Shown here: positions 50,338 to 59,009 of the stretch, in pieces
Position numbering within the stretch: the first letter of the stretch is position 1
Layout: every line of letters begins with the position of its first letter
Virus record (IMG/VR): IMGVR_UViG_3300038451_000147
Coordinates: 32,001 to 96,000 of that record
Strand: one strand, 5' to 3'
Origin: a virus
Length of the DNA stretch: 64,000 nt
Made by a program: the position numbers and the translations under genes
Notes under the pieces: model-generated
Told to the model about the DNA's origin: nothing
Seen by the model: only the letters and a program-made list of their open reading frames with translations
Database searches by the model: none

Positions 50338-50778
50338 ATGAGCAGTCAATGGACTATCTATCATGGAGACGGGACGCAAACAACCTGTCGTTCATGCGGA
50401 AAGAAAATATCATCGAAACCAACAGAATCATGTAAAGAGCCTAGACATATGGCTTGCTATGAAAGAAATGTAACTCAAATCAATAAGAATCGCAAAGAGG
50501 CTCAACTAGAGGCTTTGATTCATTACTCCGGCACAGACCCGCCTCAGTGTGCCAACCCCTTCGGAGAGCATAAAGAACCATACACCACTATTCTTGCTCT
50601 ACAGTTAGACCACATCAAAGGTAATGGAGCAAAATTTAGACGCAGACATCCATTCCAAGTCGGAAAGTCTTTAGCACTGTGGCTTAGAAAGCGTCATTGG
50701 CCAAAAGGGTATCGCGTGCTTTGTGCAAATTGTCAATGTATAGCGAGAGAGCGTTTAGGTAATGATGGAAGAAAGTAG
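50338..50778 (+). CDS. HNH-like endonuclease
   Basis: DPPQCANPFGEH..LQLDHIKGNG...GYRVLCANCQ. Confidence 0.7.
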   Translation: MSSQWTIYHGDGTQTTCRSCGKKISSKPTESCKEPRHMACYERNVTQINKNRKEAQLEALIHYSGTDPPQCANPFGEHKEPYTTILALQLDHIKGNGAKFRRRHPFQVGKSLALWLRKRHWPKGYRVLCANCQCIARERLGNDGRK

Positions 50779-51292
50779 AGTGCTGGACAGGACTTAAAGC
50801 CATAGAACTCGGCCATCAAGCCATCTGGTATCTGCTCTAAGTCTCTACGAAAGCGACTTCGACATTAAATTCTAGTATTCCATCAGTGTATTCTACAACC
50901 AGATGACCAGACCTTGCGTTCCCGATTTCTGGCCACATGACCGCATCTTGTGTGAGTTTGGCGTAGAGGTCTACAATCTGTCCCAATGTAGGGACTGTTC
51001 CGGCCCATTCCCACTGATTAATATCGAAGAGAATCTTCGCTTGCTTTGAAGCCTCTAGAATAGCGTCCTGAACGTAGGGTGGAAGCACCACAACTTTGAG
51101 GGACATGACTGCTCCATACACAGGAGATGGTATCGTTGTTGCCATAGGCAGGAGTCAGGTAGTGAGGGTATTTAAGCATTCTTCCTAGAGTTGCGCTTCT
51201 CCAATTCGTCCCACTTACATTCCGCCTTCAGCAACTTACAGGTCGGACACATCCTCTGGACTTTCTTGGTCTTGAACGTCTCACCGCACCAA

Positions 51293-51652
51293 CTACACCT
51301 GAGTTCGAGCAAGTTGTATCTCACCTTCGACTATAGCCGCCATATGCTCCATGAAGAACTTCCAGTTGTTCTTGTTCACATGAATGACGCGCCAGCCCAT
51401 CGAGACCAGTTCAGCGTCCCGAACCTTGTCCTTAATCCGTCCCTCTTTCGTGAAGTGCTGTTGGCCGTCATACTCAATCGCAATCTTCCTCTCAACGATT
51501 CCAATGTCAACCCACCGACTCTTCCGCATTCCTACAATCCTAACACGGTGATTTCTTAGGGCTGTTGGATAGAGGAACCGGACATAATGCAGAAGTTTGT
51601 TCTGTTGAGGAGAAGAGGGCGGGAACCATCTGCGTCTGAACCTTCGTGGCAT
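51293..51652 (-). CDS. DUF559/Vsr-like endonuclease
   Basis: VDIG..KIAIEYDGQQH..DKVRDAELVSMGWRVIHV. Confidence 0.85.
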   Translation of the reverse strand: MPRRFRRRWFPPSSPQQNKLLHYVRFLYPTALRNHRVRIVGMRKSRWVDIGIVERKIAIEYDGQQHFTKEGRIKDKVRDAELVSMGWRVIHVNKNNWKFFMEHMAAIVEGEIQLARTQV

Positions 51653-51740
51653 GAGGAGATTAAGAACAGCCAGTTATATAAAGTGTGGTCGAACTTCTGA
51701 GAACAGGTTTAAATAGTGGGCCGTCCTACAATAAGATAGA

Positions 51741-53219
51741 ATGGTAGCAACAATTACTCTTACTCCAGCCACTGGCCCTGTTGGAATGCAGAAGGTTGTT
51801 GTGAACGGAGCAGGGTGGACGAGTGGAAACACAATCGTAATCTTCACATTCGGTGGAGCAACACCACCTACAAACACCGTTATTGGCCAAGTAGTTTCTA
51901 CTGCTGGCACATGGTCTGGCTCATTTACAGTTCCCTATTCAAGTGCGGCTGGCCATACTTGCACTGCGACAGACAATAACGGCGCACCTGTCTCTGCCAA
52001 TGCGACTTTCACCACTACGACTTCAGCCCTTAAAGATGCGTCTGGTGCGGCTCATGGAGCCGCGAGTGCGGCAACTTCTGTAGCGGCAACTCTTTCAACT
52101 ACGTCCAGTCCAGACCTTCTTGTTGCTGTGGTCGTATGGGAAGACGAAACTGCGCCACCCGCGTCTGTGACTCTTTCTGATGCAACAGGTGGTGCGGGTC
52201 TTACTTGGACTCCAAGAGGTCAGCCAATATCGTATGTCACAGGAGCCAGTGGAAGCATAACATCTGCATTCTTCATTCAGGAGTTCACTGCCTATGCGCC
52301 AGCCACAATAACGACTAAGGCTGTAACCGCAACCTTCTCAGCCGCAACAAGTGGACGTTCAGCTATCTCGGTATGCGGCTTCACTGATATAGCCTCTCCA
52401 ATGTTCGCTGATAGCAACCTTGGTCTGCCATCACCCATCACAGGGTCGGCCACAGCCGCAACATTCACAGGAAAGGCTTCTACTCACTATGCGCCAACCC
52501 TTCTGTTCGGAGCACTATTACTCGCTCCATCAGCCGCAATAACGGTTGGAACAGGATTCACCCAAGTAGACGCTTACAACGTCACAGACTTCTACATTGA
52601 GACCGAGTGCAAGGTTGTCGTAGAGCCACAAGTTGACGCTCTAGTAACATGGACTGCGGCTTCAGCCGCATACATAATACTAGGGTTTGTTGATGCCTTC
52701 CTTCAGAGTGGTGCTACAAACGCGCCTTGGACGACTACAGACATAGGCGCAGAGGTTCAAGGAGTCAGCATCCGAGCCGCAGTCAATAGTGGCCTTCCAG
52801 TGATTAACAGCACAGAAACAGGTGTTGCCAAGTGGGAGATGCCAACAGTCATAGCAAACTATCCTCACCAGACTGTCATGAATAACAGGACTGACGGTCT
52901 GACAGGGACGACAACGACTGGAACATCGTCAACAGTCTTACATGAGACAGCCGTAACGCTAGTTGTGAATGCTCTAGTTGGCTATACTCTGTTCTACACC
53001 AGTGGAACGGCCCAAGGCCAAAGCAGAGTAGTCACAGCGAATGCCGCAGGAACGATAACCGTTGGAGTTGCATTCTCGCCAGCACCAAGCGACTTGGGAG
53101 AAACCTTCCTTGTGGTTCCTTCACTGGTAGAAAGCCACACAACCAATGTTCAGTCTGTCATAGGAGTGGGCGGAGAGACGGCTGATTGGGAAGGAAGCCA
53201 GACTACGGTAGCACCGTAG
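51741..53219 (+). CDS. Ig-like/adhesin virion surface protein
   Basis: N-terminal TIG-like domain, T/A/S-rich beta domain, C-terminal shared module. Confidence 0.6.
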   Translation: MVATITLTPATGPVGMQKVVVNGAGWTSGNTIVIFTFGGATPPTNTVIGQVVSTAGTWSGSFTVPYSSAAGHTCTATDNNGAPVSANATFTTTTSALKDASGAAHGAASAATSVAATLSTTSSPDLLVAVVVWEDETAPPASVTLSDATGGAGLTWTPRGQPISYVTGASGSITSAFFIQEFTAYAPATITTKAVTATFSAATSGRSAISVCGFTDIASPMFADSNLGLPSPITGSATAATFTGKASTHYAPTLLFGALLLAPSAAITVGTGFTQVDAYNVTDFYIETECKVVVEPQVDALVTWTAASAAYIILGFVDAFLQSGATNAPWTTTDIGAEVQGVSIRAAVNSGLPVINSTETGVAKWEMPTVIANYPHQTVMNNRTDGLTGTTTTGTSSTVLHETAVTLVVNALVGYTLFYTSGTAQGQSRVVTANAAGTITVGVAFSPAPSDLGETFLVVPSLVESHTTNVQSVIGVGGETADWEGSQTTVAP

Positions 53220-53709
53220 AAGTAGTTACTTTACTGTATCTGTAGGATTCAGTTTCTTTGCTATCATCTTTGCTATTGTAGCAGGGTTATCTGAATACAT
53301 TTCCTCTGGTGTGAAGGCGGCAATGGCCCTTCCCTTATGCACGATATGAGCGATTCCCTTCGTAATGGTTATCATAGACCCCTCTTCAGACTCCCAATGG
53401 CCTAAAATACCGCTTCCTTTGACCTCTTTTACCTCTTTCCAAGGCATTTTAACTCGCCTTTGTTACTGGTTTTGCCTCTTTTTCCAGTGCTGTATACTTC
53501 TTCAAAAGTTCGTCATACGCTATCTGAAGTTCTGCAACACCATCACTAAACTCCTGTAGAGAGTTGGAAAAGGCTGTTAGAGAGGCGTTTACAGTGGCAA
53601 ACCTACGAACAAGTTTGGCCTTTCTCTGGTCGTCTGGCGAAATCGGTTCGATTGACATATTTGACATACAAGAAGTAGATTGGTATCTAGGCTATATAAA
53701 GATTTGTGA

Positions 53710-54723
53710 TTAGGACTCGTAGAGTGGGATGTAGTAGTCCTGTCCCGGCGCACGAACCTTTATCCTACCAATGATACCACCAGTAAGAGTGGTCAAGGGT
53801 TGGAGCCATGTTCCAGCACTTCCATCGTCCAAGTCAAACAGATAGGTGGCTTTGACTGATGCAATCTCGAATACCGAGTCAATCACTGCTGTCGCATTGC
53901 TTGCCAGTAGCACCAGACTGAATCCACCCGCAGTCACTCCTGATGTGTAGGCTGTGAAGTCGTTCTGTATCCAAAGGCCATGCATCCTTCCACCAGTGAT
54001 TAATGTTGGATTGGTGTTGCCCACCTGTCCGTAAAGTGCCGCCGTCCAAGTAGAGTCACCTAGAGTCCCTGCGATGTCAATCCTTCCTTGGATACCAACG
54101 ATGTAAGAGGTTCCGCTAGAAGTTGAACCTGCACCCAAGGTTGCCTTTCCTCTTATTCCAAAGACACTAGCCGCCATACTTGCGGCTGTCGTTGTAGCCT
54201 CAACCCAGAATGCCCTGTAACTTCCAGTGGCTCCCGGCGTTGTGACTATACATTGCAGAACGTAATCAATAGAAGCGGAATTGGAGAAACTCTGTCTGGC
54301 TGACCATACTTGTTCTGTTCCAATTGCGGCAAGGGTGTCGCTGGACGTTATTGGGAGAGCAAGAGTATTGCTACCACTGCCAGTAAGTCCAGAATTGAGA
54401 GTTGTGCTACCCGAACTTGTTCCTTTCAGAAGGAAGTCGGTCTTGGTAAACGATTGTGCGGCAGTCCAAGTCTGCGCGAAGCCTAGAAGAGCAAACGTGC
54501 CAGCGTTATTGGGAAAGGTGAAGGTCTTGGCAGTCGTGACACCCGAAGCATCCAGAGTTGCGTTCTCTATCGAGAACGTAGGGCCAGACGAACCACCACC
54601 AGAATCGGAAACTGTTCCAGTTACAACAAGATTCCCACCAAGATGATATGCTACACTATGACTAGGACTGTCATAACCAACCTCAAAACCATCTTCAACT
54701 TCCTTGATACCAGAGTCGGTCAA
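53710..54723 (-). CDS. Fibre/spike protein
   Basis: Repeated TFTFP..GTFALLG.AQTW shaft motif and C-terminal YYIPLY. Confidence 0.55.
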   Translation of the reverse strand: MTDSGIKEVEDGFEVGYDSPSHSVAYHLGGNLVVTGTVSDSGGGSSGPTFSIENATLDASGVTTAKTFTFPNNAGTFALLGFAQTWTAAQSFTKTDFLLKGTSSGSTTLNSGLTGSGSNTLALPITSSDTLAAIGTEQVWSARQSFSNSASIDYVLQCIVTTPGATGSYRAFWVEATTTAASMAASVFGIRGKATLGAGSTSSGTSYIVGIQGRIDIAGTLGDSTWTAALYGQVGNTNPTLITGGRMHGLWIQNDFTAYTSGVTAGGFSLVLLASNATAVIDSVFEIASVKATYLFDLDDGSAGTWLQPLTTLTGGIIGRIKVRAPGQDYYIPLYES

Positions 54724-55194
54724 TGCAATACTAATAGAGAAGCAGAAGTATTTAAGGTTGTCTATATTCAGATAGTTCGCCAGCCTTCCTACCAGAAGGA
54801 ACGCGAGAAGCGGCTAGAGGCGCAAGAGTGGTGGCCAATTCGTTTACTGCGACTCCGACTTCCTGAAGTTTGGTCATAAGAGCCGTGTCCTTCTTGACGT
54901 TTGCCATCGTTATAAGCATGGCTATGGCCGTCTGAAGAGCCTTGGTATTGTTGATGGCAAGGTCTATCTTCTTTTCCTCTATCATCATCTTTATCTGCTC
55001 AATCCTCTTTTTGAAAACCTCTATAGGGTCTTCTGGTGTGAAGTTCATAGGTTGTATCGTTGTTGGATGATATGTTGGAACAGGATTTATCCCTTCCTCT
55101 TCTATGAGGACGACTGTTCCCCGCCCTTGCTCGTCATGAAATACCTCTTGTGCCATATCCAGACCTATACTGTTGTAGTTTATAAGGATTTAGA

Positions 55195-55308
55195 TTAGCC
55201 GCATCGTCCATAGCCGCAACTATAACAGGTGACGCACCCGTTATAGTGGACAAGAGTGAGTTCATGACACTCGGGACATTCTTCTCCTTGTTCAACAAAG
55301 AAAGTCAT
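55195..55308 (-). CDS. 37-aa zinc ribbon resembling the C-terminus of class II ribonucleotide reductase
   Basis: Hand-translated MTFFVEQGEECPECHELTLVHYNGCVTCYSCGYGRCG; TATA at ~55337-55343. Confidence 0.55.
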   Translation of the reverse strand: MTFFVEQGEECPECHELTLVHYNGCVTCYSCGYGRCG

Positions 55309-55523
55309 TGAAGGAGTAGTCTAAGGGAAGTAGGCGTTATAAGTGTTCCTATTGATAAAGGTCTGTCAGCCGAAAATTATCAGAGCGATTCCGAAAATCA
55401 CCCGAAGTGCTCTCCCTACTTGCCAGTAGTTGTTGTCTGCAACTCCGCCACCATACAGATACCAATAGATTAGGTTGGCTCCGCCCTCTAGTGCAAAGAA
55501 AGAACCTATTCCCTTGACCCAAA

Positions 55524-56423
55524 TCAAATCCTACACCGTGTTATAGCCTCTGGATAGGTGATGATAGGAGCGTATTTTGCTGTGATGACAATATCGAGTG
55601 AGTCGAACACTGGTGAGGGCCAGACATCTATGCTGATTGGACGCTTGGTGACGAAGTAACCAATAGGAGTGTAGCAGTTGTCGAAACCCGTCTGAACTAC
55701 ATAAGCCGTCTTCGGTGAAATCTCCGAACTTCTCAGAATGTGGAAGTCTTTCAACTCTAAGAAACCATAATACGGATTCACTCTATCGTTCATGAGGATG
55801 GCATATCCTGAGGCTTTGGATTTGGGTATACTTGTAGTAACATCGAAAAGGTCAGGATACCTGAAGGGCCAGAAGGAGAATCTCTTTTTGGTGGTCATAT
55901 CGAAAAGAGATGCAACATCTGAATCTATTGTCTTTGCGGTTCTTTGTGCGGCTCTTCTGAATGCACTTTCTACAATGGTGATGAGACCATCTTCAAACAC
56001 TTCTCTGCCGATTCGGACTCTCATACCCACCCTATAGGGTGTTACAGTGACAGTTCCATATGGTGCGAAGTCCCTATTGATTGCATTTCCGCTTGCTGTT
56101 CTACCTACTGTAGCAGTAGTCGGCTCTCCTTTCTGTTTAGGAAAAGTGGCTGATGCACCAATATGAATCTTGAAATCTGTAAGGATTCGCTGTATCTCTA
56201 GTTTCGGCATTATGAGTTCTACGAAGCGTTTCGTCAGTTCAGGATAGAACAGGGCAGGAGAGCCGGGAGTCGGAGACGATGCTGGCACATCTGGCTTACC
56301 ACAAAGATACCCAGACTTTTGGAATCTGCTCATAGCCCACATCAGTTCGCCCCAATAGGCTGGAAAGGCTGGCTCCTCTTCTTTGTGCGGGTATCCCTCT
56401 GCTGGATGTGGTTCTGCTACCAT
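55524..56423 (-). CDS. Second, diverged major capsid protein paralog
   Basis: ALFYPELTKRFVELIMPKL, TVTPYRVGMRVRI and GYFVTKRPISIDVWPSPVFDS match the MCP at 43544-44479. Confidence 0.9.
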   Translation of the reverse strand: MVAEPHPAEGYPHKEEEPAFPAYWGELMWAMSRFQKSGYLCGKPDVPASSPTPGSPALFYPELTKRFVELIMPKLEIQRILTDFKIHIGASATFPKQKGEPTTATVGRTASGNAINRDFAPYGTVTVTPYRVGMRVRIGREVFEDGLITIVESAFRRAAQRTAKTIDSDVASLFDMTTKKRFSFWPFRYPDLFDVTTSIPKSKASGYAILMNDRVNPYYGFLELKDFHILRSSEISPKTAYVVQTGFDNCYTPIGYFVTKRPISIDVWPSPVFDSLDIVITAKYAPIITYPEAITRCRI

Positions 56424-56662
56424 AAGAAACACCAAACAATGTTAGGGTCAATGTAGTTAGGGTCAATGTAGAAAGGCGGGTAGTAAGGCTGTGGCGGATA
56501 GTAGGGTTCTGGCCAGTAAGGATGCTCATCAGGAACTAGGATGTATCCGACTCCATTACAAGCGTGACAGGTCTTTTCATAAGGTGCGGTTGTCGAACCT
56601 TCACTTAAGTCGTTTGGAATCTTTCCTTTCCCTTTGCAAACAGGACACAGTTCGGAGTGCAT
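56417..56662 (-). CDS. DnaJ-type CxxCxGxG zinc-finger protein with P/Y-rich tail
   Basis: CPVCKGKG, CHACNGVG; perfect 15-bp tandem duplication at 56441-56470. Confidence 0.7.
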   Translation of the reverse strand: MHSELCPVCKGKGKIPNDLSEGSTTAPYEKTCHACNGVGYILVPDEHPYWPEPYYPPQPYYPPFYIDPNYIDPNIVWCFLW

Positions 56663-56724
56663 ATCTTCTTGATGGAGAGGAACCTATATAAACATTCTTA
56701 AGGAAGGAGAATCATCTACAGAAT

Positions 56725-56853
56725 ATGAAATGGTATTCCTTGTCTTTGGGCATCTTCGCTTTGGGACTTCTCATGGGTTGTTTTCCCTTCCTCTGGCTTA
56801 TTGCTGATGCTCTAGGTTGGGGTCTCTTTGTTAGATATTTGGGAATACCTTAG
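56725..56853 (+). CDS. 42-aa hydrophobic peptide
   Basis: Hand-translated MKWYSLSLGIFALGLLMGCFPFLWLIADALGWGLFVRYLGIP; TATA-like TTCTTAA ~25 nt upstream. Confidence 0.55.
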   Translation: MKWYSLSLGIFALGLLMGCFPFLWLIADALGWGLFVRYLGIP

Positions 56854-57020
56854 TGGTAAGGGTCGGGACAGGTTACAGCCCTACTCGGTCACACGCCTAA
56901 TCCTGTCGGTTGAAGGCAGACCTATGAACCACTAAGGTATAAAACTGTTCGTGCCAGATAAGGGCCGGATAGCCCTTTTGTCATTCGGTCATTAGCCGTC
57001 ATCTAGACGGCGACTGGCAT
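56845..57020 (-). ncRNA. Candidate structured non-coding RNA
   Basis: Promoter GCTTAAATAG near 57041-57049; only a 6-codon ORF; stems TGCCAG/CTGGCA, GCCGTC/GACGGC, AGGGC/GCCCT and a perfect 13-bp stem. Confidence 0.5.
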
Positions 57021-57732
57021 CATACCTATGAACAAGAGGCTATTTAAGCGTTACTGCACTGGTTTGGATACTTTGGATACATCAGTCAGAGCCGTGTTTG
57101 TAGAGAGGGCAGGTGAGGCAATAGAAGGCTTGCTTAAAGTGGCACGCCGAAAAGTCCCTGTAGAGCACAGCCAAATAAAGGTGATGAAGACAATCCTCTA
57201 GGTCTTCCCTCAACATCTGTTGCATAGGGTTCTTACGCATCCTTCTTTTCACCATGAATCGGGCAGTTCGAGTCGAGTTCGTCCTTGTCTATAGAGATGG
57301 GTTTGCAAGTGCAACGCGAAGCCCTCTCCATTGCCTTCTTTACGGCTTTCTCGATTGCGGTCTTGAGTTCTGGGTCTGCCTTGCCATGTATCTTGAGTTC
57401 GATAGGCGGGACGTTCTCTCTCATAGAGTCAATGGGTATCACACAGTCTGCATCGAGAAGCAAGTCCTTTGCGCCTACTCCCATACCACTACATATCGTT
57501 CCATGAAGAGGGCATTTAGGATTCACCTTAAGTCCGTGTCCGTCAAACTTGCAGGTGCAGGTCTCCATCTTCGGCTCCTTCATAGACTCTTCTATCAGTT
57601 CTCTCGAAACATGAATCCTTTGGTGACAGTAACCTTTAGACGAAGAGTCAACTGTCACATACTTGGTCTCGTCCTCTTCTTGGCTCACGCACTGCATAAA
57701 GTTGCAACGCTATTTAAGGATTCTAGCCTTAT

Positions 57733-57826
57733 GAAATGGGCGTGGCCCTCTTTCTCCTGCTCCGAGTCATTGAGAGAACCCCATTCGTATAGAGCAATTC
57801 TAGGTGAGGCACTCCACGCCGTCCAT
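57733..57826 (-). ncRNA. Candidate hairpin non-coding RNA
   Basis: Promoter AACCTTTATAT near 57845-57855; only an 8-codon ORF; 5'/3' pairing GGCGTGG/CCACGCC. Confidence 0.4.
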
Positions 57827-58898
57827 ACCCTTGTTCGCTAGGCCATATAAAGGTTCGCTCTTTGCGAACTAGGCTAGTCGTATTGGTTGATGTAAGAGAA
57901 ACTCGCTGTCGTGTGGTGTATCGGGCATTCTATGGTCGGACTGTGGTAGGCATCGTCAGTCCACAATTGGATATTGAGGCTGTTTAGAAGTTTCTTCAAC
58001 TTCTCGAAGCACCAACATGGCTCATTGATTTCTAGAGTAGTCGGCTTCGCACTGCACCGAGCGCAGTAATACTGCTCCGTCTTCAGAATGCCGACCTTGC
58101 CATAACTGCTCGTCCTCTTGCCGCACTTGGCACAGATAGGCTCGACCCAATGGTGGGTCTTCAACCACTCCTGTTCCTTCTTTCGTTGGTAGGCTTGGTA
58201 GGCTTCTTCTGAAGGAAATCCAAAGACATGGAGCATAATCTCCTTGGAGAGAACCGGATAGACCATCTCTGGCTTCGTCATCATTTGTCCTCACTTACAC
58301 AGTTCGGAACTAGGGCCAAAAGGAGATGGGCTTGTTGGTCGGTGATTTCCCCTACCAACTTCGCATCAGAGGGTGTGTGGTTCAGTTCGGTGATGTAGTA
58401 ACCGCCCTCATCAGGGTTGCTCCAATACCAGAGATTCTTTGTCATTTCTTTCTCACAACCTTTTTGTAGGTCACATATTTGTCGTTTACGTCATCTGGAT
58501 TCCGGGCCACTCTGTTGTCACAGCCTATTCCCCACAACATCCCCAACTCTCTCATCACTTCACAAGAGTCTGGCAGACCATGTTCGCGGGATAGATGGTT
58601 GTGAATCTTCATTAGAACTTCGTAGTCAATCCCAAGGTCGAACTCGAAGCAAGTGCCATGCATCCAGACTTGTGTGACTGTGCGCTTCACCATGTTTAGG
58701 TCATCCAAGTCTTTGCGATTTCCGTGTATTTGGTGAAACAGAAAACGGTGTCGAAGAAGGCCGTGACTCGTCTTCCTGCCTTATTCACCGTAAATTCCAG
58801 ATGGTCTGTCTCCTTTACCGGATTTAGGCACATCGCGCAAACTGTATTGTTGCTCATAACACTACCCTTGTCTTGAGGGTTTATAAAGATTCTCTGCT

Positions 58899-58976
58899 CT
58901 ACCTATGTCGTCTACGGTAGCGGTGAACTCCGCCACCTGTAGGTCTCGAACCGCGTCCTTTCCATTTGTATCCCAT
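58899..58976 (-). CDS. 25-aa Arg/Gly-rich basic peptide
   Basis: Hand-translated MGYKWKGRGSRPTGGGVHRYRRRHR; TTTATAAA at 58999-59006 at leaderless spacing. Confidence 0.5.
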   Translation of the reverse strand: MGYKWKGRGSRPTGGGVHRYRRRHR

Positions 58977-59009
58977 GCCCACCCTGTAGTCTCTAACCTT
59001 TATAAACAT

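Noticed and set aside
43544-56423. Diversity-generating retroelement template/variable pair between duplicated segments
   Set aside because: No reverse transcriptase is present and the differences are not adenine-specific.
56950-57020. Hammerhead ribozyme (GTC, hairpin, CTAATGA)
   Set aside because: The core deviates from CUGANGA and there is no GAAA box before the closing stem.
58695-58856. Small CAMC...FDTVFC ORF as ribosomal protein eL24
   Set aside because: Only a generic TRASH-like pattern; it lacks the eL24 PG.G and FCS.KC motifs.
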